Assembly: GCA_030037395.1 (NCBI GenBank)
Contig: JASHRJ010000036.1
Coordinates: 25,690 to 89,689 of the forward strand
DNA from: Thermoplasmata archaeon
Lineage (GTDB): Archaea; Thermoplasmatota; Thermoplasmata; Lutacidiplasmatales; UBA184
Direction of reading: 5' to 3'
Length of the DNA stretch: 64,000 nucleotides
Both the position numbers and the translations under genes were made by a program. Position 1 is the stretch's first letter, and every line of letters starts with the position of its first letter. Shown piece after piece: positions 1-8,912 of the stretch. The notes under the pieces are model-generated. The model was not told the origin of the DNA. It did no database searches and saw nothing but the letters and a program-made list of their open reading frames with translations.

Positions 1-758
1 AGGAGGTCGGGTCGGTCCTGCAGCGCGGTCGGCGCGCCGCTGCGCACCGACGCCCGGACGACCAGGGGCTCGCGCGCGGGCCGCGGGACCGCCTCTCGGG
101 CGGCGAGGACGACCGCCGCCGCGCCGTCCGAGAACGGGCAGCAGTCGTACAAGCGCAGCGGCGCCGCGACCGTAGGACTCGCCAGGTACGTCGCCATCGA
201 GATCTCCCGCTGGAAGTGGGCGTGCGGGTTGCGGGCGGCATTGGCATGGTTCTTCACCGCGATCGACCCGAACATCTCGGGGGTGGTCCGGTACGCCGCA
301 CGATAGGCGTCCGCGAGCGTCGCGTACAGCCCGGGAAAGGTCGCCCCGTTCCGGGCCTCGAACGCGGAGTCGGCGGCGAAGGCGAAGTAGCCGGTCGCGG
401 TCAGCGTGTCGAGGTGGCTGAGCCGCTCCGCGCCGACGACCAGGGCGACGTCGGCGAAACCGCCGGCAACGTGGACGTAGGCCTCGTGGAGCGCGGCGCT
501 CGAAGACGAGCAGGCCGACTCGACGCTGACCGACGGGACCTCGGGGATCCCGAGGCCCTGGTTCACGAGCGGCCCGAGGTGCCCCTGCCGTTCGGTCAGT
601 CCGAAACAGTTCGCCACGAACGTGTGGCCCACCGCCCGGGGCTCGACGCCGGCGTCGTCGAGCGCCGCCAGCCCGACCCGGGTCGCCGCCTCGCGGGCGC
701 TCTCGGCGAGCTTTCCGTACCGCGTGGACGCGGCGCCGATCACCCACGCCTCGCGCAT
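1..758 (-). CDS. thiolase-family protein (acetyl-CoA acetyltransferase-like), 3' part beyond window edge
   Basis: Reverse translation from ATG at 758 reads MREAWVIGAASTRYGKLAES...VESACSSSSAAL...ALVVGAERLS. The active-site Cys motif and thiolase fold pattern are present. The gene runs off the window at position 1. Confidence 0.7.
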   Translation of the reverse strand, partial: MREAWVIGAASTRYGKLAESAREAATRVGLAALDDAGVEPRAVGHTFVANCFGLTERQGHLGPLVNQGLGIPEVPSVSVESACSSSSAALHEAYVHVAGGFADVALVVGAERLSHLDTLTATGYFAFAADSAFEARNGATFPGLYATLADAYRAAYRTTPEMFGSIAVKNHANAARNPHAHFQREISMATYLASPTVAAPLRLYDCCPFSDGAAAVVLAAREAVPRPAREPLVVRASVRSGAPTALQDRPDL

Positions 759-793
759 CGGCGTCGGCGGTAGGCGCCCGCTCGCGATTAACC

Positions 794-1117
794 TCACCGG
801 GCGGCTGCGTCACCGGAGAGCGAGGGGAGCGCGAGAAGGCTGCTCAGGCGAGCGAACGCGCGCCGCGCCGCCGCCTCGTCGCGGGTCTTGAACAGCAGCC
901 GCCCGCTCCGGCTCACCGTCGCCTCCACCTCGAGCGTAACGATCAGCAGGACCCGGGCGTCGACGACCGGCACGCCCGCGCGCTCGAGCGTCGCCCGCGC
1001 CCGCGGGAGGTCGAGCGGCGGCCGTCCGACCGGGATCGCCTCGAAGCCCCCGCCGCCCGAGCACAGCTCTAGGCGGCGATACCCACCGGAGACCGAACGC
1101 GGGTCCGCGCCGCTCAT
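794..1117 (-). CDS. hypothetical protein (107 aa) immediately upstream of thiolase
   Basis: ATG at 1117. The composition is protein-like (LLIVTLEVEATVSRSGRLLFKTRDEAAARRAF). It is the only plausible part of the 587-aa track ORF. I recognise no motif. Confidence 0.35.
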   Translation of the reverse strand: MSGADPRSVSGGYRRLELCSGGGGFEAIPVGRPPLDLPRARATLERAGVPVVDARVLLIVTLEVEATVSRSGRLLFKTRDEAAARRAFARLSSLLALPSLSGDAAAR

Positions 1118-1200
1118 GCGCCACCCCCGGGGGGGAGCGCCGGGCCCGCCCTTAGCCGCTCGCGTGGCCCGCGGAACGCGCGACCGAGGACCGGCAAGCG

Positions 1201-2115
1201 CTACGGGGCGCCGGGGGGCGGCGCGAACGGAGGGCTCGCCCCCGGCATCGACAGGCCCCCGGCCGACGCGAGCCGGCCCTGCGCCTGGGTCACGCCGAAG
1301 TAGATGAGGAAAATGCCGGCGATGTCCAGGAACGGGATGATCAGCAGGACCGCGCCCACCTTGAGCAGCGAGTCGTCGTACCGCGTCCCGAGCCGCCAGA
1401 TCCCGACGAGGAGCAGGATCCCGCCGATGAGGGCGAGGATCGCGCCGAGGACCAGGACCCCGAGGCTCGCCAGCAGCGCGCCGGCGGCGCCGGTCGCCGC
1501 GTTGTAGCAGTTCGTGGTGTTCAGGTTGGAGCACTGGCCGATGATGTTCGCTACGGTCGCGAACAGCACTCCCTCGCCGAGGACGATCAGGATGAAGCCG
1601 ATGACGAGGAGGATCGAGAGGCTGGCGGGGGAGCGGAACCGGTAGTCGACGGGGACCAGGGTCTGGAACGCCGAGCGGAACTTGAGCACGAACAGGATGC
1701 CGATGATCGTCCCGACCACTTCCAGCGCGAAGAGGCCCCCGAGGAGCGCGACCGCGGCGGACGGGATCGAACACGTCTCGGTCACGGAGTTGCAGCTGAT
1801 GCCGAGGCTCAGCCCGCCGTAGGCGAACGAGAGGTACGTGCCGACGACCGAGAGCAGGATCCCGACGATCCCGAAGATCGCCCCGGTCCTCGCGTGCTCG
1901 AGCGCGTGGGCGTCCGCCGCCGAGCTCTGGGCGGTGGGCATCGGGTTCACGAGGCCCGACCCGGTCGGGAGCCCTAGGGCGGGAGGCCAAGCTCCCGGGG
2001 TGGGACCGGCGGGCGCCCCGGCCGGCACGACGGCCAGCGGAGCGCCGCACCCTTGACAAAATCGGGACCCAGGGCCGTTGCTTCGTCCGCAGGACGAACA
2101 GTAGACCGCCGCCAC
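1201..2115 (-). CDS. membrane protein with N-terminal zinc ribbon (CxxCG-x8-FCxxCG)
   Basis: GTG start. The N-terminus reads MAAVYCSSCGRSNGPGSRFCQGCGAPL, followed by a Pro-rich linker and six or more hydrophobic helices. A TATA-like box (gatatttga) lies at 2134-2147. Confidence 0.75.
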   Translation of the reverse strand: MAAVYCSSCGRSNGPGSRFCQGCGAPLAVVPAGAPAGPTPGAWPPALGLPTGSGLVNPMPTAQSSAADAHALEHARTGAIFGIVGILLSVVGTYLSFAYGGLSLGISCNSVTETCSIPSAAVALLGGLFALEVVGTIIGILFVLKFRSAFQTLVPVDYRFRSPASLSILLVIGFILIVLGEGVLFATVANIIGQCSNLNTTNCYNAATGAAGALLASLGVLVLGAILALIGGILLLVGIWRLGTRYDDSLLKVGAVLLIIPFLDIAGIFLIYFGVTQAQGRLASAGGLSMPGASPPFAPPPGAP

Positions 2116-2133
2116 GGCCGGGAGTGGATCCCT

Positions 2134-2147
2134 CCGATATTTGAAGC
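2134..2147 (-). promoter_or_regulatory. TATA-like box upstream of the zinc-ribbon membrane protein gene
   Basis: The plus strand reads ccgatatttgaagc. Its reverse complement TCAAATATC sits about 21-30 nt upstream of the start at 2115. Confidence 0.4.
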
Positions 2148-2193
2148 GCTCTCGGGAGAGGACCGGGACCCAAGGACGGTGCCGACGCCAGAG

Positions 2194-2820
2194 CTAAAGG
2201 ACCTGAGCCCGCCGGACGCAGTCGTCGATCATCTGCTCGACGTCCAGCCGATCCTCCTGCCGCAGGATCTGGACGAGGTCGGACCGGGTCGCCGGCCGAT
2301 CCGGCACCGCCTGGCAGCAGACCCCCGGACGGGTGGAGATGCTGTAGGTACCGATCTCCTTCGCGACCGTCTCGATCTCCGCCTTGTCGAAGCCGATGAG
2401 CGGGCGGACGATCGGCAGCTGGACCGAGGCCGTCGCCGAGCGCATGTTCGACAGCGTCTGGGACGCGACCTGGCCGAGCGCCTCTCCGGTCGCGAGGAAC
2501 GTCGCCCGTTCGCGCTCGGCGATGCGCTCGGCCCCCCGCCACATGAAGCGGCGGCACATCACGCAGCCGACGTGGCGGTCGGTCGTGCGCATCAACGTCA
2601 CCTGGGTCGGTCCGTGCGGGAGAAGGTACAGCGGGATGGGTTGGTGGTAGCGCTCGCGGAGCAGCCCGAGGTGGTCGACGATCTTCTCGAGCGGAGAGTC
2701 GTCGGTGAACGGACGGTTGTCGAGGTGGACCCCGACCATCTCGTGGCCCTGCCGGAGAAGGTAGTGCAACGCAACCGGGGAGTCGATCCCGCCGCTCATC
2801 AGCATCACCCCGCGGGCCAT
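2194..2820 (-). CDS. thiI: ThiI-like PP-loop ATPase / tRNA sulfurtransferase domain protein (no THUMP domain)
   Basis: Translation from ATG at 2820 gives MARGVMLMSGGIDSPVALHYLLRQGHEMVGVHL. The SGGxDS PP-loop and the ThiI adenine-nucleotide alpha-hydrolase (AANH) fold are present. It is 208 aa. Confidence 0.7.
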   Translation of the reverse strand: MARGVMLMSGGIDSPVALHYLLRQGHEMVGVHLDNRPFTDDSPLEKIVDHLGLLRERYHQPIPLYLLPHGPTQVTLMRTTDRHVGCVMCRRFMWRGAERIAERERATFLATGEALGQVASQTLSNMRSATASVQLPIVRPLIGFDKAEIETVAKEIGTYSISTRPGVCCQAVPDRPATRSDLVQILRQEDRLDVEQMIDDCVRRAQVL

Positions 2821-2842
2821 CGAGCTCTCGACCTGCCGCCCG

Positions 2843-2850
2843 CTATATAG
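2843..2850. promoter_or_regulatory. TATA box (ctatatag) in a divergent promoter region
   Basis: A perfect TATATAG sits about 27 nt upstream of the thiI-like ATG (minus strand). It is about 38-65 nt upstream of the hydrolase gene on the plus strand. Confidence 0.55.
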
Positions 2851-2887
2851 GGGTGCCGGCGGCCCGGAGCGCCCGGCGCGAGAGCTC

Positions 2888-3733
2888 TTGTGGGGCGGCC
2901 CCTCCGCGGGCGCGATGGAGGAACCTGGCCGGGGGGCGATCGAGCTGTTCGTGCGGGAAGCGGGGCAGGGGGCCCCGATCGTCCTCCTGCACGGGGTCGG
3001 GGCGAACCACGCGATCTGGAACGGCGTGATCCCCCACCTGGCGACCGAGTTCCACGTCCTCGCCCCGGACCTTCCGGGCCACGGACGCTCGCCCGCGCCG
3101 GAGCCGCCCCTGTACGGGTTTGGCGAGATGACCGCCGACCTGCTGCACCTCCTGGACGGGCGCGGGGTCCGGGCCGCGCACTGGGTCGGCCTCAGCGCGG
3201 GGGCGCTGCTCGCCCTACGCCTGTGCCTGGACGCACCGGCCCGGGCGCGGAGCCTGACGACGATCGGCGGCTCGGTGTACACGGACGGCCACAGCCGGGC
3301 GGTGGCGGAGCGGTGGGCGGAGACGTACGCTCGCGAAGGGCCGGACGCGTTCGCGGTCCGCCTGCTCAAGGACCTGTACTATCCGGACTGGATCGAGGCG
3401 CACATGGAGTTCGCGGACCGGCTGCGGGAGGAGGTACCCCGGGTGGACTACGGCCCGGCCCGGGCCTGGGCCCGGGCGGTCGCTGGGTTCGACGAACGGA
3501 GCCGGGTCGCCTCCCTCGTGCCGCCGGCCCTCATCGTCCAAGGGATGGACGATCAGGTGGTCGACGCCTCGCACGGGAGGATCCTGCGCCAGTCGATCCC
3601 GGGCTCCCAGATCCGCATCTTCGCCTCCACCGGCCACATGGTCCCGGTTGAGCGGCCCGGGGAGACGGCGGAGGCGATCGCCGCGTTCGTCCGCGCCGTG
3701 GAGGCGGGCGCGGCGGCGGGCGGCCGTCCGTGA
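2888..3733 (+). CDS. alpha/beta-fold hydrolase
   Basis: The GLSAG nucleophile elbow and an HGVGANH-type N-terminal loop are present. A possible internal start MEEPGR lies at 2915. Confidence 0.75.
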   Translation: MWGGPSAGAMEEPGRGAIELFVREAGQGAPIVLLHGVGANHAIWNGVIPHLATEFHVLAPDLPGHGRSPAPEPPLYGFGEMTADLLHLLDGRGVRAAHWVGLSAGALLALRLCLDAPARARSLTTIGGSVYTDGHSRAVAERWAETYAREGPDAFAVRLLKDLYYPDWIEAHMEFADRLREEVPRVDYGPARAWARAVAGFDERSRVASLVPPALIVQGMDDQVVDASHGRILRQSIPGSQIRIFASTGHMVPVERPGETAEAIAAFVRAVEAGAAAGGRP

Positions 3734-3778
3734 TCGGCCCCACCTAGGGTTATCTCCGCCGGTGGGAATCGAGAAGCG

Positions 3779-3952
3779 ATGGCCGAGGCTCCCGCGCCGG
3801 ACCTTGCCGCCCGCCTCGAAGAGCTCGAACGGGAGGTCCGGGTCCTCCGCGCCCGCGTGGCCGCCCTCGAGCGGCTCGTGGGGAACGCCGGGGAGCACTC
3901 CACCGACCGCACGGTCGTCCGCGAGAAGGCGGTCTACGACTGGCAAGGATGA
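3779..3952 (+). CDS. small coiled-coil protein (57 aa), translationally coupled to the Nudix gene
   Basis: MAEAPAPDLAARLEELEREVRVLRARVAALERL... shows a heptad pattern. Its TGA overlaps the ATG of the next gene (ATGA at 3949-3952). The ORF is below the track size cut-off. Confidence 0.4.
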   Translation: MAEAPAPDLAARLEELEREVRVLRARVAALERLVGNAGEHSTDRTVVREKAVYDWQG

Positions 3953-4581
3953 GCTCGGGCGCTTCGCCCCCACCGCGGGGCTCCGGTTCCGCGGCGGAGC
4001 TGGTGCGCCGCTTCCCTTCGCTTCGTCCCCCGGTGTCGACCGCGGGGGCGGCCGTCACGATCGTGCTCCGGGACGGTAGATCGGACGTCGAAGCGCTCCT
4101 GATCGAGAGGACGGTGAGCCCCTCGGACCCGGCGTCCGGCCAGGTGGCGCTGCCGGGGGGACGCGTGGACGAGCGGGACGGCTCGCTCGCGGCGACGGCC
4201 GTGCGCGAGCTCCGGGAGGAGGTCGGACTGTCCGCCGAGGACCTGGACGGTCCCCCGCGCTTTGTCCGCTGCACCCCGGCGTCCAGGTTCGGGCTCACCG
4301 TCGGGGTCTTTGCCGCAGAGCTCGCCGCCGCGGCGCGACCGCCGGCCGCGGAGAGCCCGGAGGAGGTCGCGCACGTCTTCTGGCTCCCGCGCGGCGCGCT
4401 CCTCGCCGGTCGGGCGGTTGAGCGGAGCGACCTGGGCCAGCCGCGGACGGTGCTCGCGACCGTTCACGAAGGACACATCGTCTGGGGGTTCACCCGGCGG
4501 GTCCTGCGCGACTTCTTCGACCTGCCGGTCGAGGACCCCGCGGCGGGACAGGTTCTGCCTCCGCGGCCGCCGTCCTCGTAG
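3949..4581 (+). CDS. NUDIX hydrolase
   Basis: The Nudix box reads AVRELREEVGL and conforms to GX5EX7REUXEEXGU. Confidence 0.8.
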   Translation: MSSGASPPPRGSGSAAELVRRFPSLRPPVSTAGAAVTIVLRDGRSDVEALLIERTVSPSDPASGQVALPGGRVDERDGSLAATAVRELREEVGLSAEDLDGPPRFVRCTPASRFGLTVGVFAAELAAAARPPAAESPEEVAHVFWLPRGALLAGRAVERSDLGQPRTVLATVHEGHIVWGFTRRVLRDFFDLPVEDPAAGQVLPPRPPSS

Positions 4582-4636
4582 CCCGGCGCCGTCCCCGCGG
4601 CCACCCTGGGCGGGGCGCTCCGGTCCCGGTCCCCGG

Positions 4637-6055
4637 TCACGCGCCGGCTCCCCCGGGGATGGCCACCGGGATGGGCACCGCGGCCTGCAGCAAGATGGCG
4701 TAGCTCGCGACGGTACCGCCGGAGAGCCCGACCGCGGCGGCGACGAGCGGAGAGCCGCCGAACGCCTCCGCGGCCGCCTCCACCGCTACCGCCACGACCA
4801 GCAGAACCGCCTGCGCGAGCCCGAACGCCCGAAGCGAGCCGGTGCGGTCGGACCCTCCCCGCCGTTCGAACCTCCATGGACCCCCCCACGCGAGCGTCCA
4901 TCCGGCGGTCGCGAGCCCACCGAGCGCGACCGCGGCGACGGCGCCCGCCGCCGCGGTCGTGGGGACCGCCTGCGCGACGACGTAGACGCTAAGCCCGGTG
5001 ATCGCCGCCGAGATGGCGACGATCGTCAGCGAAGGGAGCCGCTCGAAGGGGATACGAACGGGGGCGGAGGTCCGGGCCGACCCCCCGTGCCGACCGAGGA
5101 ACGTCCGTACCCCCGCGAGGGCCGGAACGTAGAACACCGCGACGATCCATACCGGCCAGATCGGGTAGTTGACGAGCAGCTGGATCCCGCCGGTCCGGGG
5201 GCACCACGGGCCGCGGTTGGCCAGCACCGCCGGGCAAACGACCGCCGAGCCGCCCCAGAGGAGGAACGGCAACACGAACGCCGCGCTCACGCCGGCCGAC
5301 ACGGCGAGGCCGCGCCAGTCTCGGCGCACCAGGTAGTAGAGGAACACGAAGGCGTTCGCGAACTGCTTGCAGCCGAGCGAGAGCCACTCGGCCCACTTCT
5401 GCCGGCGTCCCCCGACCCCGACGAACCCTACGGTGAGGAGCAGCAGCACCACCGGGTCGTTGTAGCCGCTCGCCCCGAGGAGCATGGCGTACGGCTGGGC
5501 GAGGAGCACGGCCATGTCGTGCCGCCGGCGCACCACGAGGACGGTGAGCGCCCAGCAGGCGAGGGCGAAGAACTTGTACGGTACCCCCGGCACCTGAAGG
5601 AACATCAGCAGCGGCAGGTAGACGTACAGCGACGTCGAGACGACGTGGCGGCCGTACACCGTGTAGGCGACGGTCATCGGCACGGTGTAGGGGTCGTGGC
5701 CGGCCAGCAGAAAGCCGGCGAACCGTGGGGTCGTGAACCCCTCGTCGGTCAGACCGTTCCCCCAGCCGGTAAGGATCGAGAGAACGCCGAACGCGAGCCC
5801 GGCGGCGAGAAGGAACCCGACGAATCCGGCGTCCCGAGGGATGGCGAGCCGGCGGAGCATCACCGGGAGCGCGAGGGCATACGCGCCGAGGCCGACGATA
5901 GCGAACGGGGTCGTCTCTGCCGGATACAGCCACAGGACGGTGATCATCGCCAGCGCCGGGGCCGCGCCCGCGATCCAGCCGACGAGATAGGCCGGGACCG
6001 GCGTCGGGCGGGCGACGCCCGCGGCCGTTCGGGCCGCTACGGTGGGGTCCGACAA
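4637..6055 (-). CDS. polytopic integral membrane protein, possibly a GT-C-type glycosyltransferase
   Basis: The 472-aa protein has more than 10 hydrophobic helices with W/Y-rich loops. I cannot assign a family by eye. Confidence 0.6.
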   Translation of the reverse strand: MSDPTVAARTAAGVARPTPVPAYLVGWIAGAAPALAMITVLWLYPAETTPFAIVGLGAYALALPVMLRRLAIPRDAGFVGFLLAAGLAFGVLSILTGWGNGLTDEGFTTPRFAGFLLAGHDPYTVPMTVAYTVYGRHVVSTSLYVYLPLLMFLQVPGVPYKFFALACWALTVLVVRRRHDMAVLLAQPYAMLLGASGYNDPVVLLLLTVGFVGVGGRRQKWAEWLSLGCKQFANAFVFLYYLVRRDWRGLAVSAGVSAAFVLPFLLWGGSAVVCPAVLANRGPWCPRTGGIQLLVNYPIWPVWIVAVFYVPALAGVRTFLGRHGGSARTSAPVRIPFERLPSLTIVAISAAITGLSVYVVAQAVPTTAAAGAVAAVALGGLATAGWTLAWGGPWRFERRGGSDRTGSLRAFGLAQAVLLVVAVAVEAAAEAFGGSPLVAAAVGLSGGTVASYAILLQAAVPIPVAIPGGAGA

Positions 6056-6135
6056 CGCTCCGCGGACCCGACCGCTGCCGCGTTAAGAAGAGACCCACGA
6101 CCGGCCCGACCCCGGCGAGGGCCGCGGACGGCCGC

Positions 6136-7626
6136 TCAGTCGGCGCTCGGGACCGGGGCGGGCGGGGCGCTCGGCCCGCGGGACCCGGCGCCCCGCAGCA
6201 GCTGCGGCTGATGCGCGAACCGGGCGTGCCGCCGGGGGCCGATCACCTCCTGGCCGAAGACCACCGCGAGGCCGCCGACGATCGTGACGGCGCTCGCGAT
6301 CCAGAAGGCGTACTCGAACCCGGCGTGGGAGGGGACCCGCAGCCCTGCCAGCGGGCCGGAGCCTACGGTCGTCAGGTAGGTGGCCAGGAGCGAACCGGCG
6401 ATCGGCGCCCCGATGCTCCCGCCCACGTTGCGGAACACGTTGTTCATCGCGGTCGCTTGGCCCATGTCCTTCGGGTCCACGGTGAGGATCAGCAGGTTGA
6501 TGATCGAGGCGTTGAGGAGCGCGATCCCTGCGCCGATGACGACCTCGCTGAGGAGCGCGGCGTCCAGCGAGCGGGCGATGGAGACGAGGAAGAAGCCGAC
6601 CGCCGTGATGCCGGAGCCGGCGATGGCGAGCGGTTTCACCCCGGTACGGTGGACCCAGAGGCTTGCGAGCAGCGCGATCGCGGTCATCGAGAGGGCAAGG
6701 GGGATGATCTGGAGTCCCGCCGCGAGGATGTTGAGCGAGGGAAACGCGCTGTTGTAGCCGCCGGACGCGGGCCCGTACTCGAACTGGTAGATCAGCGTGA
6801 ACAGGGCCAGGTACATGCCGAGGCCCGCGACGGTGAGCACGATGTTCGTGACCGCCACGTTCCGCTCCTTCAGCAGCTTGCCGTCCACGATCGGCTCCCG
6901 GCCCTGGCGCTTCCACCAGGCCTCGTAGAGCGCGAACGGTACGAACAGGAGCCCGCCCGCCACCGCGAAGCCGAGCGTCAGCGGGGAGGTCCAGCCCCAG
7001 GTCTCGCCCTGGGAGAGGGCGATGACGATCCCCGCCAGACCGCCGCCCAGGAGCGACGCGCCGAGGTAGTCGACCTTCACGGTCGGCCGACGGTACTCCG
7101 ACTCTCGAACCAGCAGAACGACCAGGATCGTCAGCAGCACGACGAACGGGATCGACGTGTGGTAGGTCGCCCTCCACCCGTAGTCCTGCGACACCCACGA
7201 GCCGAGCGGGAGGCTCACCGCGAACCCGACCCCGAACATCGCGCTGAGGAGGCCCTGGGCTCGCGGAACGAGCTCCCGGGGGAACTCCTCCCGGACGAGC
7301 GACATGCCGAGCGGCATGATCGTGAGGCCGATCCCCTGGACGGTACGCGCAGCCACCATGAACGAGAACGTCGGCGAGAACCCGGTCACGGAGACCGCGG
7401 CCGCGTAGCAGAGCATGACCGCGATGAGGACCTTGCGTTTGCCGTGAATGTCCCCCAGCTTCCCGACGACCGGCGAGAGGGCTACGCCGGAGACGGCGTA
7501 GACCGAGATGATCAGGCTCGCCTGGGCAGAGGTGATGCCGAACTGCGCTTGGATCGTGGGAAGCGAGGGGGTAAGCATCCCCTCGATGTAGAGCACGACG
7601 GAAACGATTCCCATCAGCACGAGCAT
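6136..7626 (-). CDS. MFS transporter, DHA2-type (14-TMS drug:H+ antiporter family)
   Basis: A long hydrophobic protein with the characteristic TM1 motif SLPTIQAQFGITS and 14 predicted helices. The start may be the upstream GTG (~7697) that overlaps the MarR stop. Confidence 0.85.
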   Translation of the reverse strand: MLVLMGIVSVVLYIEGMLTPSLPTIQAQFGITSAQASLIISVYAVSGVALSPVVGKLGDIHGKRKVLIAVMLCYAAAVSVTGFSPTFSFMVAARTVQGIGLTIMPLGMSLVREEFPRELVPRAQGLLSAMFGVGFAVSLPLGSWVSQDYGWRATYHTSIPFVVLLTILVVLLVRESEYRRPTVKVDYLGASLLGGGLAGIVIALSQGETWGWTSPLTLGFAVAGGLLFVPFALYEAWWKRQGREPIVDGKLLKERNVAVTNIVLTVAGLGMYLALFTLIYQFEYGPASGGYNSAFPSLNILAAGLQIIPLALSMTAIALLASLWVHRTGVKPLAIAGSGITAVGFFLVSIARSLDAALLSEVVIGAGIALLNASIINLLILTVDPKDMGQATAMNNVFRNVGGSIGAPIAGSLLATYLTTVGSGPLAGLRVPSHAGFEYAFWIASAVTIVGGLAVVFGQEVIGPRRHARFAHQPQLLRGAGSRGPSAPPAPVPSAD

Positions 7627-7703
7627 GACGCGGTTCGCGTACCGGCGGTCGAACGTCGCCAGCGTCTTCGCCCGCGGGTCGGCCGTGGGCAGCGCCGTCC
7701 CGT

Positions 7704-8177
7704 CTACGGGCACGCTTCGAGCTCCATCCGGTCGGCAATGTCGGCGAGGGTTCGCGCGGCCGCGGCGAGGGAGGCCGCGCTCTTCCCGGCGCAATAGGCG
7801 CGCCATCGCAGGCGATACCTCCGCGCGAGCCGTTCGGTCAGCCGGCGGCCGGCAGGGGTCAGCGCCACCACCACCTGCCGACGGTCGCTCGTGCCACGAA
7901 GACGGCGGACGTAGCCTTCCGACTCCAGCGCGTCCAGCAGGCCCGTGAGCGCCGAGGGGGAGGCCCCCACCATCTCGGCCCAGCGGACCGCGGGCGCAGG
8001 GCCTCGCTCGCGGAGGCCCCGGAGCAGCACCAGCTGGGCGAGCGAGAGATCGAGGCTCCGGGCCTCCTCCCGCCCGCTGCGGATCCACCCTCGGGCGATG
8101 CGCGACGTCGCGGCGAGGAGCCGTTCCTCGGGAGGGACCGGGCGCGGGGGCGAGGGCCGGGGCGCCGAGGGCTCCAT
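7704..8177 (-). CDS. MarR-family transcriptional regulator
   Basis: Winged HTH: LSLAQLVLLRGLRERGPAPAVRWAEMVGASPSALTGLLDALESEGYVRRL. The start is MEPSAP at 8177, with an AT-rich TATA region upstream. It sits directly upstream of the MFS gene. Confidence 0.8.
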   Translation of the reverse strand: MEPSAPRPSPPRPVPPEERLLAATSRIARGWIRSGREEARSLDLSLAQLVLLRGLRERGPAPAVRWAEMVGASPSALTGLLDALESEGYVRRLRGTSDRRQVVVALTPAGRRLTERLARRYRLRWRAYCAGKSAASLAAAARTLADIADRMELEACP

Positions 8178-8189
8178 GTTAGTTCGACT

Positions 8190-8222
8190 CCAGCATATTT
8201 CGGATACCATATGAAATTGGCG
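8190..8222 (-). promoter_or_regulatory. AT-rich promoter region for the marR-MFS operon
   Basis: catatttcggataccatatgaaatt lies 15-45 nt upstream of the marR start, in a genome that is otherwise ~70% GC. Confidence 0.4.
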
Positions 8223-8303
8223 CCGGCCGGGCGAAGGCGCCCGCAGCGGCCGGCGAGGGGAGGGGGGACGACGCGACCGGCGGCCGGGTACAGTTCGGCA
8301 TCT

Positions 8304-8324
8304 TTTAAATACCTCCTTAAATAC
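8304..8324 (+). promoter_or_regulatory. TATA box (ttttaaata) and SD-like sequence for the tbp operon
   Basis: ttttaaata and ccttaaatac lie about 25-40 nt upstream of the GTG at 8347. GGGGGAG sits 8 nt before the start. Confidence 0.5.
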
Positions 8325-8346
8325 TCCCGCCGCGGGGGAGTCTTAG

Positions 8347-8892
8347 GTGAAGATCCGGATCGAGAACGTCGTGGCGTCGACCTCGCTCGGGGACGAGCTC
8401 GACCTGCAGTCGATCGCCCTCGGGCTCGACGGGGCGGAGTACGAACCGGAACAGTTCCCCGGCCTCATCTATCGGCTGAAGCAGCCCAAGACCGCGATCC
8501 TCCTCTTCCGCTCCGGCAAGGTCGTCTGCACGGGCGCGAAGAGCATGCACGAGGTGGAGGAGTCGATCCACTCGGTCGCGCAGCAGATCAAGAAGGGCGG
8601 CCAGAAGATCAACATGCACCCGAAGATCGAGGTGCAGAACATCGTCGCCAGTTCCGATCTTGAGAGCGAGATCAACCTCAACGCCATCGCGGTCACCTTG
8701 GGGCTGGACCGGGTCGAGTACGAGCCCGAGCAATTCCCGGGCCTGGTCTGCCGCATCGACGAGCCTCGGGTCGTGGTCCTCTTGTTCGGGAGCGGCAAGC
8801 TCGTGTGCACCGGAGCCCGGAAGCCGTCCGACGTTGAGGTCGCGGTCAAGAAGATCACGAAAGAGCTGCAGGGAGCCGGGCTCCTGCGGTAG
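8347..8892 (+). CDS. tbp: TATA-box-binding protein
   Basis: A direct-repeat TBP fold with two copies of ...PEQFPGL...LLFRSGKVVCTGAKS.... Length 181 aa. GTG start. Confidence 0.95.
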   Translation: MKIRIENVVASTSLGDELDLQSIALGLDGAEYEPEQFPGLIYRLKQPKTAILLFRSGKVVCTGAKSMHEVEESIHSVAQQIKKGGQKINMHPKIEVQNIVASSDLESEINLNAIAVTLGLDRVEYEPEQFPGLVCRIDEPRVVVLLFGSGKLVCTGARKPSDVEVAVKKITKELQGAGLLR

Positions 8893-8912
8893 GTCGTCCG
8901 CGGCCCGCGACC

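Noticed and set aside
794-2557. 587-aa minus-strand ORF
   Set aside because: Arg/Gly/Pro-rich low-complexity translation overlaps the convincing zinc-ribbon membrane gene (1201-2115) in another frame. Only its last 107 codons (794-1117) were kept, as a weak hypothetical.
6083-8088. Long ORFs 6211-7797 (+), 6083-7738 (-) and the N-terminal extension of 6136-8088 (-)
   Set aside because: These are antisense or upstream read-through artefacts of the MFS and MarR genes. Their composition is RGPD-rich, with no TM helices and no motifs.
8178-8346. Possible oriC/ORB elements in the marR-tbp spacer and around orc1/cdc6
   Set aside because: I found only weak partial matches (e.g. CTCCAGCATATTTCGGA). 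There are no repeated ORB or mini-ORB boxes and no AT-rich unwinding element beyond the two TATA regions, so I did not call an origin.
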